Positions 52,787 through 64,000 of a stretch of DNA of 64,000 nucleotides are shown piece by piece (the stretch's first letter is position 1; every line of letters begins with the position of its first letter). The DNA is from Lama guanicoe (taxonomy: Eukaryota). The position numbers were made by a program, and so were the translations under genes. The DNA lies in the NCBI GenBank assembly GCA_013239625.1, contig MU057356.1:33171707-33235706 (forward strand), given 5' to 3'. The notes beneath the pieces were generated by a model. That model was not told the origin of the DNA and did no database searches. It worked only from the letters and a program-made list of their open reading frames with translations.

Positions 52787-53180
52787 ATTAGTATGATAAT
52801 CTCAAGGTCCATCCATGTTACAGCAAATATTATTTCAGTCATTTTTGTGGCTAAGTAGTATTCCATTGTCAATATATACTTCATCGTCTGTAATCATCTG
52901 TCAGTGGACATTTAGGTTGCTTCCATGCCTTGGCTGTTGTAAATAGTGCTATGAACATTGGGGTGCGTATATCTTTTCAAATTAGAGTTTCCTCTGGATA
53001 CAAGCCCAGGAGTGGAACTGCGGGAGCATATGATAACACTATTTTTAATTTTTTAAAGAATCTCCATACTGTTTTTCCATAGTAGCTAATCAAATTACTT
53101 TCTCATATAACTGAATCACTATGCTGTATATCAGAAACTAACACAACATTGTAAATCAACTATACTTCAATCAAAAAAAA
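52787..53180 (+). mobile_element. L1 insertion with 5' inversion
   Basis: 52787-53105 is antisense L1 (ORF2 end/3'UTR); 53106-53180 is the sense L1 terminus plus polyA. Flanks aaaaaaagctc and aaaaaaactc. Confidence 0.88.
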
Positions 53181-53689
53181 AAAAAAACTCTAGTCTGAAG
53201 GAGAGGCACTGAAGGAAGATTAGCACTAGTCTGTTCCCATCATAAAAAGTCGAGAAAGAGGGTGAGGAAAAGTCAGATGAGCGTTTCTCCAGGAGACCAA
53301 GTGAGAGTCATCTGGCTAAGAGGTAAAGAATTGGGCTTTGAGTTCTAGGACAAGACACTAATAAATTTGGTGGGGGTGGGGAGAGCACGAATGTGGAAAG
53401 AAGAAAGTCAGCCCTGTCCAGAGTTCATAGCAGGGAAATTCGTGCAAGTAGAAGAAGCAAAGCCTACAAACTGCCCGTCACCTGTCCTGTAATAAATATC
53501 TTAGCCCTCCTAGCTGCCATCTGGTGAGTGCCTTCCATCAATACCCTTGGACTTGGCCAGGAGAAGTGACATGAATTATAGTGCCCCATTATGTTCCTGA
53601 ACCTGGGAACTGCCCCATCGTGACATCCCCAGGACACTCATCTGTTCCCTCAAACAGACAGTGCTGAATCACCCACATTACACTATTGC

Positions 53690-53930
53690 TGCCTTTGAAG
53701 AATAATTTTTCATAGCCTGTCTCATCCTTATATACACCTGACAATCACACTTTATTTCTCTATCATAGCAGTTGCCACCTACTGTACAATGGTCTGATTC
53801 CTTGCTTATCCCTACCCCTTGCTAGATTGTGAACTCCTATATCGCATCTCTCATTTCTGTTTTCCCAGAAATCACCCAGGTCCTGATGCAGAATAGACTT
53901 AACAGATAATCACATAATGAGTAAGTGAAA
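53690..53930 (+). mobile_element. L2 3' end
   Basis: ctagattgtgaactcct..tctcatttctgt..cccaggtcctgatgcagaatag..aatgagtaagtgaa. Confidence 0.6.
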
Positions 53931-55254
53931 TACAGAATATGCTTAGGATCTTCCTAACTAGATCTTGTTCCAAAGCTGGTATACTGAATGGTCTGAGATT
54001 TCTTTTCATACAAAGAATAAATCAGCTGGGAATAAAGTAACAGGATGTTTATTTAGGCTGAATGGTTGTAACAAAATTACCTCCAAAATATTGAGTTCGT
54101 TTACAAATTGAATCTCTGTTACAGATGTGTATCGCAATTACTGCTCAGAAACCAAATGGATTTAGGCTCTAATTTATTCTTTGTCATGAACTATCAATGT
54201 GACATTAAGTTTTATTTTGTGTGACTTAATTTCCTCTTTTAAATATTGGTGAAATAATACAAACTGCATAGAATGTTGTACTAATGAGATAACATATTAA
54301 ACAATAGTGCAAAGATTAGTTGTATCTATGTAGTAGGAAAATGTATTATGTGAGATTTTGTTTTAATACAGAAAAGTGTTATCAACTAGCAACCCAACGC
54401 TTCAATATTTATAAAACCACCCACAATTATAGAAATAAATGGTTAACCATATGCATATTAATCTATTTAATGAAAACACATTTTATAATTCAATTTATTT
54501 TACATTCATTGCACCATTTAAAGAAGACACATTTAATAATTCCTTAAATTTAATAGTGCATTACGTCCTTATAAAAGAAACTTAAAATTAACACATGAAA
54601 GCTAGGAAATAGAAATTATGGCTACTATTCCAAAATCTGAAAAAAAAAGGAACATTCAAAAATCAAATTAGAAGAATAAAAATTTTAAAGCAGCATTAAA
54701 TATTCAGGTCTGCTTTCAGTATTCAAAAAATAACGTCTTTTCTTAGCTAATTTGTCCAAATGAGTTTTCATATGTAGAATATTAAGTTATCCTCCAGTTT
54801 GGTTCAGATGGGATTACAACTGGTATAAAATGAAAACTAGTATGCTGAATACATATTCAGAGCCCAAAAGACTTCATCAGTATTATGGAATAACTGACTG
54901 TATAACCATCAACATACACCAAAAGGAATTCTTTCCACCAGCTATAAACAGCTCTGCAAAGAAATTATGAAAATAATTATAATATTGGAAGAAAGCATTT
55001 GAATCCAACAGTTTTAAAAAAGACTGTACATTTTACCAAGTTTATAAAATACATACAAATTGTGGACTTTGACCTTGTCAAGCTTTAAATTCTTCAGTAC
55101 CTCTAATGCTTAGACACCCATAGTCAGTGTCATTCCTAATGTGCAGCTCCTAACGGTGAAATTTCTACTGTCCTTTTTACCTGCCTCCATGCCCTACTGC
55201 TCAGCTTCCCAGGCTTTCCATCTTGTCTCCCTTGCTCAAATCTTGTGACCCAGC

Positions 55255-55460
55255 TTATTGCAGGATTAACGTAGTGCCAGGCCCTGTGCTAAGTCCTTTC
55301 CGTGCATTATCCCAAATCACCTTCATCACAAGCCTAGGGGGAAATGAAATGTCATGCCATGTGAAAACCGAGGCTTAAATAACTTTCCCAACATTCAGAC
55401 ATTTGCTAAGTAAGTGGTGGAGGCCCGGCATAGCCGAAGTCCACACTCTTAATCAGCACT
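55255..55460 (-). mobile_element. MIR
   Basis: gtgccaggccctgtgctaagtccttt..gcattatc..aaaccgaggctta..aagtggtggag..ccacactcttaatca. Confidence 0.75.
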
Positions 55461-55842
55461 CCGTGATTTTCAAATTTTTTCTTAGCTTTAGATACAAAAT
55501 CTCATTCAGAAGCTCAATGTGTACAATAGATAAACTTGAGTCAAACCTGTTTGGTTGAATGAAGGTGAGAGCTTGAAGATCTAAACCCCCACCTTCAAAA
55601 GGAATGCCAACGAGACCAGATTAAAAAGCACTGCTCTCAATCTTTCCTTCACTCCAAGTATATCTGACTGGGCCAGTTCCTTCCCCAGGCATCAATCTGA
55701 AACTGTTGATTCCTTCAATGGGATATGCAGGAAACGCCTCCTGGGCCTGTTTCACAGCTCCCTTCAACCTAGAGCTGTGGGGCAGAGTTCAGGCACCTGA
55801 CTCTTTCATGTTCCTACCAAGCCCCAGAATCTTTTCCACCAT

Positions 55843-56413
55843 TGTGGGAGTGCACGAAATCTGCCTGCAAGCAAAACCCAGAAGGCACAGGAAGTTACTG
55901 CATCCAGGGCAAACGTCAAGCAGTAAAGGACAGGATTGGATGGACGAAAGTGAAACAGCACGTAAAACAATGACCAGTTTAAACTGGTTTCGCCTCCTTA
56001 AATAAGTTGCTGATTAATCAAACCTTGAGTTATTTTACAGAGATAGGAATGCCCAAGAGCAGGACAGGAACCCATATCTCCAGGATGACCCCAGAACCAA
56101 GACCTTAAAGAATAGAAATGTTGCAACCACAGCCCTTTATGAAACAAGTCCTTCAATAAGGAAAACCTGGCTCCCAGCAGCCCAAGTAGCTTATATGGAC
56201 CGATTCAAGATTAGTCAGTTAGCTTCCAAATCTGAAATTACCCTAACTCCTTAAAGTTTGCCCCAAACCCTGGATCAGGGAGACAAACTTGAGAGACTTG
56301 CATCCTGTCTCCTTGCCTGTCAACCTCACAATGAAGCTCTTTCTTTTCTCAAAGGCTGGTGCCACAAAATTAGTTTCTATGTACCGCAGGCCATGAGCCC
56401 TGGCTCAATAACA
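55843..56413 (+). mobile_element. ERV1 solo LTR (MER34/MER49-like 3' end)
   Basis: gggagacaaacttgagag..cctgtctccttgc..tcttttctcaaaggctggtgcca..terminal taaca at 56413. The 5' boundary is uncertain (55843 or 55862). Confidence 0.7.
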
Positions 56414-56615
56414 AAATCTCCATCCTCCTGTTTCCCAGATTAGACTTCACACATGTCAAGGCCCTGTGGCCCGAGGCAGCAATCTCAATAATACACCCTA
56501 TGTTGACTTCTCCCCTTTTCTCTCTACTCTCCCTACTTGCTCACTCGAATCCTGGTATCATCTCACAAATTAACTGCCTCACCCCAGTCTTCACCTGGAA
56601 TCCTCACTCAAGTCA
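56414..56615 (+). mobile_element. LTR16/LTR33-like ERVL LTR 3' part
   Basis: tcctggtatcatctcacaaattaactgc..ccccagtctt resembles the tcctgggatcacctcccaaataaactac LTR16 tail. Confidence 0.45.
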
Positions 56616-57816
56616 GGATATGCTGAAGTCTCTGGGCACCCTTAAAACCAAAGGAATCAGCACCAGGTGCCACCGTAACTGGACCATGAGAGAGCTGTTC
56701 TGGTGCTTCCCCGTCATTCTTAACATCCTTCTCCCCTCTTCTCAACTGCCTCGCTAATGATACAACAGCCCTCAGGTGACAGACTGCAGGTGGGTCATAA
56801 GCACAGACATTTCTGTTGATGGGTAAGTACTGTACTATTTTATCTCCAAAATAAAATGAGCATTTCTATATCATGATAGTAGTGCTCTGTTATAACTTAA
56901 GAAATATGTGGAAATTTTAAAAAGGATGTCCTTTTTGCAATTCTAACCATTCAGTAGATACAGTGGAATCTGCAACCCACAGCTTAGTCTAGACTCTAGA
57001 AATCTCCAAAGAAGGCAGAGGATGTCCTGGAAACTGAGTCAGCTAACCAACCCCTTGTCAGGACCGGGCTGGTTCTTCAAACCACAATTACCACAGGCTC
57101 TCACTTCCCTCAACAATTTATTAGAACTCTTGTTGGTAAATATTTGATTTCAAAAGACAGGACATATAAATCAATAGGTACAACAACTTAACTAAGGCCA
57201 AATTCTAAGCCAGTGGTAATAGTTAAAAGTTCTACAGACCTTTTTTATTTTACTTATCAAAGAAACTAAAATTATTTGAGTTGACAGGACCAAGCAAAGC
57301 TCCTAAAAGGAAATGTGACTTGATCTAGGCTGGGACCTGAAACAAAGAGCAAAAGGAGGAGGGCATCCCGGGCTGGGAGGAGGAAGGGGGAATCTGGGGA
57401 CGAATGATGTGAGGAGAAGCACTGGAAGGTGTGCAGTGGTGCCTGGCACCGGAACAGCACAATCACTGGCACTGCTGCCCTTAGGACAATCTGAATTGGG
57501 ATCTGCTGTTGAAATGAAAGCTACAAATATGATTGCAGAGGCCCTAATGCAGCAGTTCAAGATTAGTAAGTGCAGCTTTCAGAGAACTGTGGATGGATAA
57601 TTCAAAGTCTTTCTATATTTGTCCTCAGACCTAAGTAACCAGTTACAGAATTGGAATTTTATTTTTATAGATTTATGTTTACAAAATATAGATTTGTTTT
57701 ATTTTTAGAGCAAGCTTCAATACAAAATTAGAGCTTTAAAATTTAAATATTTGAACTCAAACATAAAAGCAAATTTTAACACTCACATATATAATAAAAT
57801 TAAATATTTCTAATTT

Positions 57817-58049
57817 GAGGAGTTTAGGATTAACAGATGCACATTACTATATATAAAACAGATAAACAACAAGGACTTACTGTACAGCACAGGGAGCTAT
57901 ATTCAATTTCTTGTAATAACATAATGGAAAAGAATCTGAAAAGAATATATATATGTATTTATATATATGTATAACTGAATCGCTTTACTTTATAACTGAA
58001 ACTAACATTATAAATCAATAAAGAACAAATCTTTTAATTAATTAATTAA
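57817..58049 (+). mobile_element. Cetartiodactyl-type L1 3' end with TSD
   Basis: ggagtttaggattaacagatgcaca..aaacaacaaggacttactgtacagcacaggg..aatggaaaagaatctgaaa. Degenerate TSD aaatatttctaattt (57802-57816) and aaacattcctaattt (58050-58064). Confidence 0.88.
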
Positions 58050-59864
58050 AAACATTCCTAATTTATCTATGCTGTTTTATTTTTAATGCCCATTTATGAA
58101 TAAAAGATCAAATATTTAAATTACTAAATATGTATCATTCTCAATGTTGAGAGGCTACAAAAATAAACAGTTCTAAAAAGGAGTCTGTAGAACCATTATT
58201 TTTAAATGTCTCAGATTTTAATATTTGGAGTTGACATTGAGGTCTCCAAATTCTATTAGATTCTAATTTAATTGCTTTTCTTTGAAGTTTTTGTTGTTAT
58301 TTATCTTTCTGGTTTAATTCAATATGCTTTCTTCAATACGTAACTAATATTTACCTTTTTCACCTACTTAAAACATGAAAATTATTTGAAATATTTACCT
58401 GAGTTAAAAAAGAATATATTTCCAAAAAATCTGTCATTATAAACAAAGTTGTCTTAAAGAACCCCTTTTTAAAAAAAAAAAGTGTGCTTTGATTTATCAA
58501 TGGAGAAATAACATATCTTTTTAAACCAAATTAGGTGATTAAAGTGTGACTTGTTTGTATTTATTCTAATTTGTATAAGAAATTTGAGTGTCAATATCTC
58601 TCCCTTATCTTATCTTTGCTCAGAAACAGTATCATGAGAATCATTTTCACTTTTTGACATACTTCATTTGAAATCTTGTCTCATGACCACTTCTAAAAAT
58701 AGCATTTGTTTCAGGCAGGAAGAAACAAGATAGAGATGGCACTGAAGTGACAAGCTGGCCATGCAGACAGTATCTGTATTCTATACAGCCATTTGGGGGA
58801 TGTTACTGTCAAGAATTCTATTTTCAGCTGCATCTCAAAAACTTATTTTTTGACAACGCTCACTGAATAACCCAACTCAGGGAGATGAATATGTGCTAAG
58901 CAAATTACATGAGTCCAAATAAAGACTAAATTAATTTAAATGAGTCCAAATAAATACAGTACTGCATCAAATTTTTTAATAATGATAATCACGAATGAGA
59001 AAGAATATTTTCTAAGCTCCATGAAAGAGAGATTATGCTTATTTCATTGAATAATAATATAGATCTAGACCCAGACATTAAAACAGATGCTTCATATATA
59101 TTTGTTGAATTACTTAATTAATTTATTTGATGTTGCGGTAGGAAGGATCTGTTACTTGTCTCCCTGATAAAAATTCTATAATTAAATCTACAAAGTTTTA
59201 CTTGACAACTGTAAAATCAGAATAAGATTCACTGCCTGATAAGCCACTGAACTGTGATGGACAAAGCATTTGTTCCTGATGTAGAGGTGAATGTGCCGAG
59301 ATCAAAAGGCTTGGGTGGTTATAAGGATCCTCCCCTCCCAGGACAGAGGTAAGCAGAAAGTTGGAGCTCCTTTTTCTAGGCTATCTATCTGTGAATATCA
59401 TTTTCCTTTAACTGCAGTAGAGAACAGCTGACTGATACAAATGTACAGATGCAAATCTGTAGCTAGAACACAGGAGAAATAATTTTAACCTAGAAAAAGT
59501 ATAGCAGCTGTTACAGACATCCGTCTCCAAAGGGAATAGTCCCAAGATTCCTTCTCCCTGCTGTGGAATAGCACCACCTCAAGTCAGTTTTACTGCCATT
59601 AACTGCAAAATGCCCCCAAGCCAGCTGGCCACGGATGGGGCTATTTTGTATCACAACTTTATCACTGGAAAACGTTTGCCAACCCACAATATTACTGCTA
59701 GCGTAGTTAAGCTACGGTGTCAGCATGTTCCTGAGATGATTCCACAGTAATATGAGCCATATTATTGGCATGGACTTGTCTTCCAGGTTGCTTTTGCTTC
59801 TGAGAATGGAGCAAATCACCCTAAAAGCTATGGAAAACAATAGTTTATATGTAACTTACAAGTA

Positions 59865-60346
59865 CAGATCTTCAACTTATGATGAGGTTACATCTCCATA
59901 AACTCCACTGTAAANNNNNNNNNNNNNNNNNNNNNNNNNNNNNNNNNNNNNNNNNNNNNNNNNNNNNNNNNNNNNNNNNNNNNNNNNNNNNNNNNNNNNN
60001 NNNNNNNNNNNNNNNNNNNNNNNNNNNNNNNNNNNNNNNNNNNNNNNNNNNNNNNNNNNNNNNNNNNNNNNNNNNNNNNNNNNNNNNNNNNNATAGAACA
60101 GTATACTGAAAGTGAAAAACAGAATGCTTGTATTGGTACAGAATGGCTGTAAGTATATGGGTCGTTTTCCCTCGTGATTGTGTGGCTGACTGGAAGATGT
60201 GGCTGCTGCCACTGGCCAGCATCAGGAGGGAGTAAGGATAGCCTGGGAAGAGATCAAAATTCAAAACCTGAAGTATGGTTTCTCCTGAATGCATATTGAT
60301 TTCACACTACTGTAAAGTTGAGTAATTGTAAGTCAGGGACCATCTG
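59865..60346. mobile_element. Tigger5/MER47-family Tc-mariner element spanning a gap
   Basis: ta|cagat..caacttatgatgaggttacatc start; tactgaaagtgaaaaacagaatg, gatcaaaattcaaaa, tgtaagtcagggaccatctg|ta end; TA target duplication. Confidence 0.88.
59915..60092. other. Assembly gap (178 N)
   Basis: Run of N. Confidence 0.99.
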
Positions 60347-61219
60347 TACACATATGTACATGCATCTCTCATGTGTTTAAAAAATAAAATCCTTGACACT
60401 CTCACCCCCGCCGAGCTTACTGGTACACTTCTCTACATCCTATTCACAGAAGCCCTCCCTCTAAAAAACGACATTTCTCTCACTCTCTCCTCCCACTTTC
60501 TCCTCTACTGTCTCCATTCAGTATGTTAGCCCCACTCCACTCCATTGAATGGCGGCTAAAGGGTCACCAACAACTCCACCTTTGTTATTCCATGAACAAT
60601 TCTCCACCCTCATTTTATTTGATCTCAGTCACCTTTGCTGTCTGTCTTCTCCGTATTTGTCCTCAGTAAAGATGATCCACACGAGTACAGGAGGAAAATA
60701 TCCAAACTTCTCATTTAGATTTATTTTTACTTTAAAAATGAGAAACAACATAAATGTCACTTTGTAGTTATTAAATCATTAGGCATGGGCACTCTCCCTT
60801 GGTCCACAGACATATGACCACAGTCAGAGTGCACCCCAAATATATGGAGGGAAGAGTGGGGGCTCCACAGCTCAGAAGGGTTGTAGTGAACCCCACTTAC
60901 AGCTCAGCTAAATGCACTGCAGTTTACCTCTGTGTGAATAATGGATTAATGGAATAGATTTTCTACCTTATACCAAATAACTCATAAAAGGGGAGTACAT
61001 GGCTTTAAATGGATTCCTACAATACTAATGCAATGGAGTTTGAATAAAATTTTTCTTTCATTCAAGAATAAATGTCTTAGCCCCAGGTTGAAGACAAACT
61101 GGTATTAGGTATCTCACGTTCTAAGAAGTCAGATAATTAGGGCTAGGTACCAACTCGACAGATCGCTAAGAAGCAGCAAAACCAGACCTACATCTATTAG
61201 AGGCTTTTGCCTACACACA

Positions 61220-61683
61220 TTTTTAGTAGATTTTTTTGAGCACTTTAAGGTTCACAGCAAAACTGAGCAGAAGAAACAGAGATTTCTCATATCTCCCTTG
61301 TTCCCACAAGCACCTACTCCCTCCTCATTATCAACATTCCCCACCAGAGTTGTATCTTTGATACAATTGATGAATTTACATTGACATATTATCACTCAAA
61401 GTCCATAGTTGACATTAGGGTTAACTCTTGGTATGTACATTCTATAGGTTGGGACAAATTGATAATGAAAATGTATCCACTATTATATTACCATACAGAA
61501 TAGTTTGATACATATACATCTGTTACCTGGATGTACCACAGTTTATTCATACATTCACTTACTTTAACTCCACCTTGGTGGTTTCCAACTTTGGGCAATT
61601 ATAAACTAATAAGGCTGCTATAAACATCTGTGTGCAGAATTTTGCATGTCATAAATTTTCAGCTCTTCTGAGTAAATACCAAA
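61220..61683 (-). mobile_element. L1MC1-like 3' end
   Basis: ggttcacagcaaaactgagcagaag..cagagatttctcatat, aaagtccatagtt.acattagggtt.actcttggt, ggatgtaccacagttta, gctgctataaacat. Confidence 0.85.
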
Positions 61684-61903
61684 TGCCAGCTCCTTCTCAA
61701 CTCCTAAACATCCTGACTGAAATAGTTCTCTCCTCCCCCTTTATTCTTTATCCTGTTATCCTGTTTTATATTTGCTAATATAAAATAGACTCTATAACAT
61801 AAATTAGCTCATGGTAGGCAAGGAAGAAATATCTGATGCATTAATTAATAGGTTAAAAGTAAATAAGTTAAGTTTTTTTGTATTAAACGGAGTTCTTCTA
61901 AGT

Positions 61904-62260
61904 ATTTTTATTGAAGTAAAGTCAGTTTACAATGTTGTGTCAATTTCTTGTAAACAGCACAATGCTTCAGTTATATAGGAACATATATATATTCATTTTT
62001 CATATTCTCTTCCACCATAAGTTACTATAAGATATTGAATATAATTCCCTGTGCTATATAGGATAAACTTGTTGTTTATCTATTTTTTATATATTAGTTA
62101 GTATCTGCAAATCTCAAACTCCCAACTTATGCCTTCCCATCCCCTTCTCTCCTGCTAACCATAGGTTTATTTTTTGTCTGTGAGTCTGTTTCTGTTTTAT
62201 AAGTAAGTTCATTTGTCTTTTTTTTAGACTCCACATATAAATGATATCATATGGTATTTT
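61904..62260 (-). mobile_element. Camelid L1 3' end
   Basis: tttttattgaagta.agtcagtttacaatgttgtgtcaatttc, ttccctgtgctata, tatctgcaaatctcaaactccca, gtctgtgagtctgtttctgtttt, ccacatataaatgatatcatatggtattt. Confidence 0.9.
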
Positions 62261-64000
62261 ACCTGCAAATTTGATAGGCAAAATTAAAATTTATCAAATA
62301 TTATCTATGATCATTCTCCACCTGCACAATGAGAACAAGAACCATATATATTGCTTATGTATTTCCAATGGCTAGCTCAACGGTTGGCACATAATAAGTG
62401 TTCAATAAATATTTGTTATTATTTTTGAATGAACATTTTAACTTGCTGTTTTGTTTATTAGTCAGATTTAGCATTGTTTGCATATACACTTTTGCATTTA
62501 TTCTTTTCTCTTCTATAAATCAACTTTTCATGTTCTTTATCAATTACGTATTAGGATATTAACGGTTCTTACAACTGAGATATGGCAGTTTTGAATATTC
62601 ATGTACAAAGCCACACAAAATCAAGTTATAAAACAAAGACCATCAGTTTTAAAGATAGCTTAAAAAACACAATTTTCATGAAAGTCTTCAACATAAACTA
62701 CTTATGTTAATCTAAGTAAATAAAAATAAGTGCCATGAAGGAAATCAATAACAATTAATAAGGATAAAATATTATTTCTAGCTTTATATCTTACAGAGAA
62801 TATGATATGCCCATAGAACACTTGAAAATGTGTTGCATACTAGGCCACAGCATGCATGGCAGATGTTCCGAGCTGATTCTTTCTCCTGTGGATGCTCTCT
62901 TGAGCCCATTAGAGACCCCTCTACGAGGCCCTTCTGACTTCAAAACCCATGACGTGGACAACATATTCTGTTCCTTCACTTGTCTGCACCTACTTATCTG
63001 GTTGTCACTCTACATAAACTTTCACCATTGGCATCCCTTCACTCTCCCTTTTGGGCAACACCAAAAGCAGATCTATTCTTCCATGCTCTCTCTTGTGAGC
63101 TCTACCTCTGGTCCATGGGAAACACTCACAATTCCCTTATTCCATTAGACTGTGAGGTAAAGCTGACTTCCATCCTGCAATCACACTCTCCATTAACTCA
63201 TCAGGTACGAGTCAGGTAGCCCCTGAGACGTAGGGAGAGATTGTTGTCTTGTCTGAGATGTAAGCAGAGACTCACAGATGACAACAGCACTCCACCAGGA
63301 AACTTTTCTCACAAAGCCCTTCTCACTCTTCTCTGACCACTTTCTATATCCCTCATCCAAGAGTTATGTGTACGCTTCTTGATGTTTTCCTTTGTAACAC
63401 CAGAATGTTAAGGATTTAACTCACACTCACTTTGGCACTGAAAATCAACTGTATTGATGACCTAGTAAAAATCGAGGCAAGAAAGATCTTCTTCACACAT
63501 TCAGCTGAAATCAGTGTAACTTTCTCTGATGAACTGAAACCAGGCAAGCCCAAACACAGCATAGATAATTCTATGTACACAGTATGGCACAACCTCAAAA
63601 ATAAAAAGGAGAAAGCTGAGGAGGAAATGAAAGGGAAAGAAAAGAAGCAATAGCAAGATAAACATAGTTTGCCAGGAAATGCCACAGCATTCCCGACAAT
63701 ACTTCTTTACAAGAAACAGCTTTGGACCAACCATTCAGCAGATCATATGCAGCAACAGATTTCACAAGAAAAGATCAGTAGCCTCAACTCTGACTTCTCT
63801 CTCTATGAGGTGAAAAAGAGTTAGATCCCCATCTTTCATCAGGACTTCCAATTAGCCAAACTCAACTGAAATCCAGAGATGTAGGGAACTATTGATACGG
63901 TTTATATAACTCAGCTTCCTGGGGTACAAAGCAGAGTGAAGCAGAGTGGTAAATAGATGTAGAAGGACAAACGGAAGGTGACCAACCCATCAGGGAAGTT

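Noticed and set aside
59872-60294. ORFs across the second N gap
   Set aside because: Artefact of Ns inside a non-coding Tigger/MER47 element.
62807-63219. 113-aa and 79-aa ORFs as a possible retrocopy
   Set aside because: No recognisable protein, polyA or TSD; the 3' part resembles decayed L2.

Overview
This is AT-rich, CpG-depleted mammalian genomic DNA, not prokaryotic. It is most likely from a camelid (alpaca/camel): it carries three tRNA-Ala-derived camelid-type SINEs and cetartiodactyl-type L1 3' ends, and I see no Alu, BovB/Bov-tA or PRE-1. The window looks like the inside of very long introns of a gene probably transcribed on the minus strand. None of the supplied ORFs is a credible protein. 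The best coding candidate is one 36-nt minus-strand exon (49630-49665) whose gene I cannot name. A large part of the rest is decayed transposable elements (L1, L2, MIR, MLT1/MLT2/ERV LTRs, hAT and Tc/mariner relics), and there are two assembly gaps. The most interesting observations are: candidate small exons and zero- or one-nucleotide 3'ss/5'ss junctions (recursive-splicing-like) on the minus strand; an L1 insertion with a triplicated target site and templated flank sequence; a twin-primed (5'-inverted) L1; and a DNA-transposon end with a 39-bp-periodic NRF1-like/TATA motif array. I find no evidence of a new multi-gene system. Repeat subfamily names come from recalled consensus sequences and need RepeatMasker/Dfam confirmation; repeat boundaries without a stated TSD are approximate.
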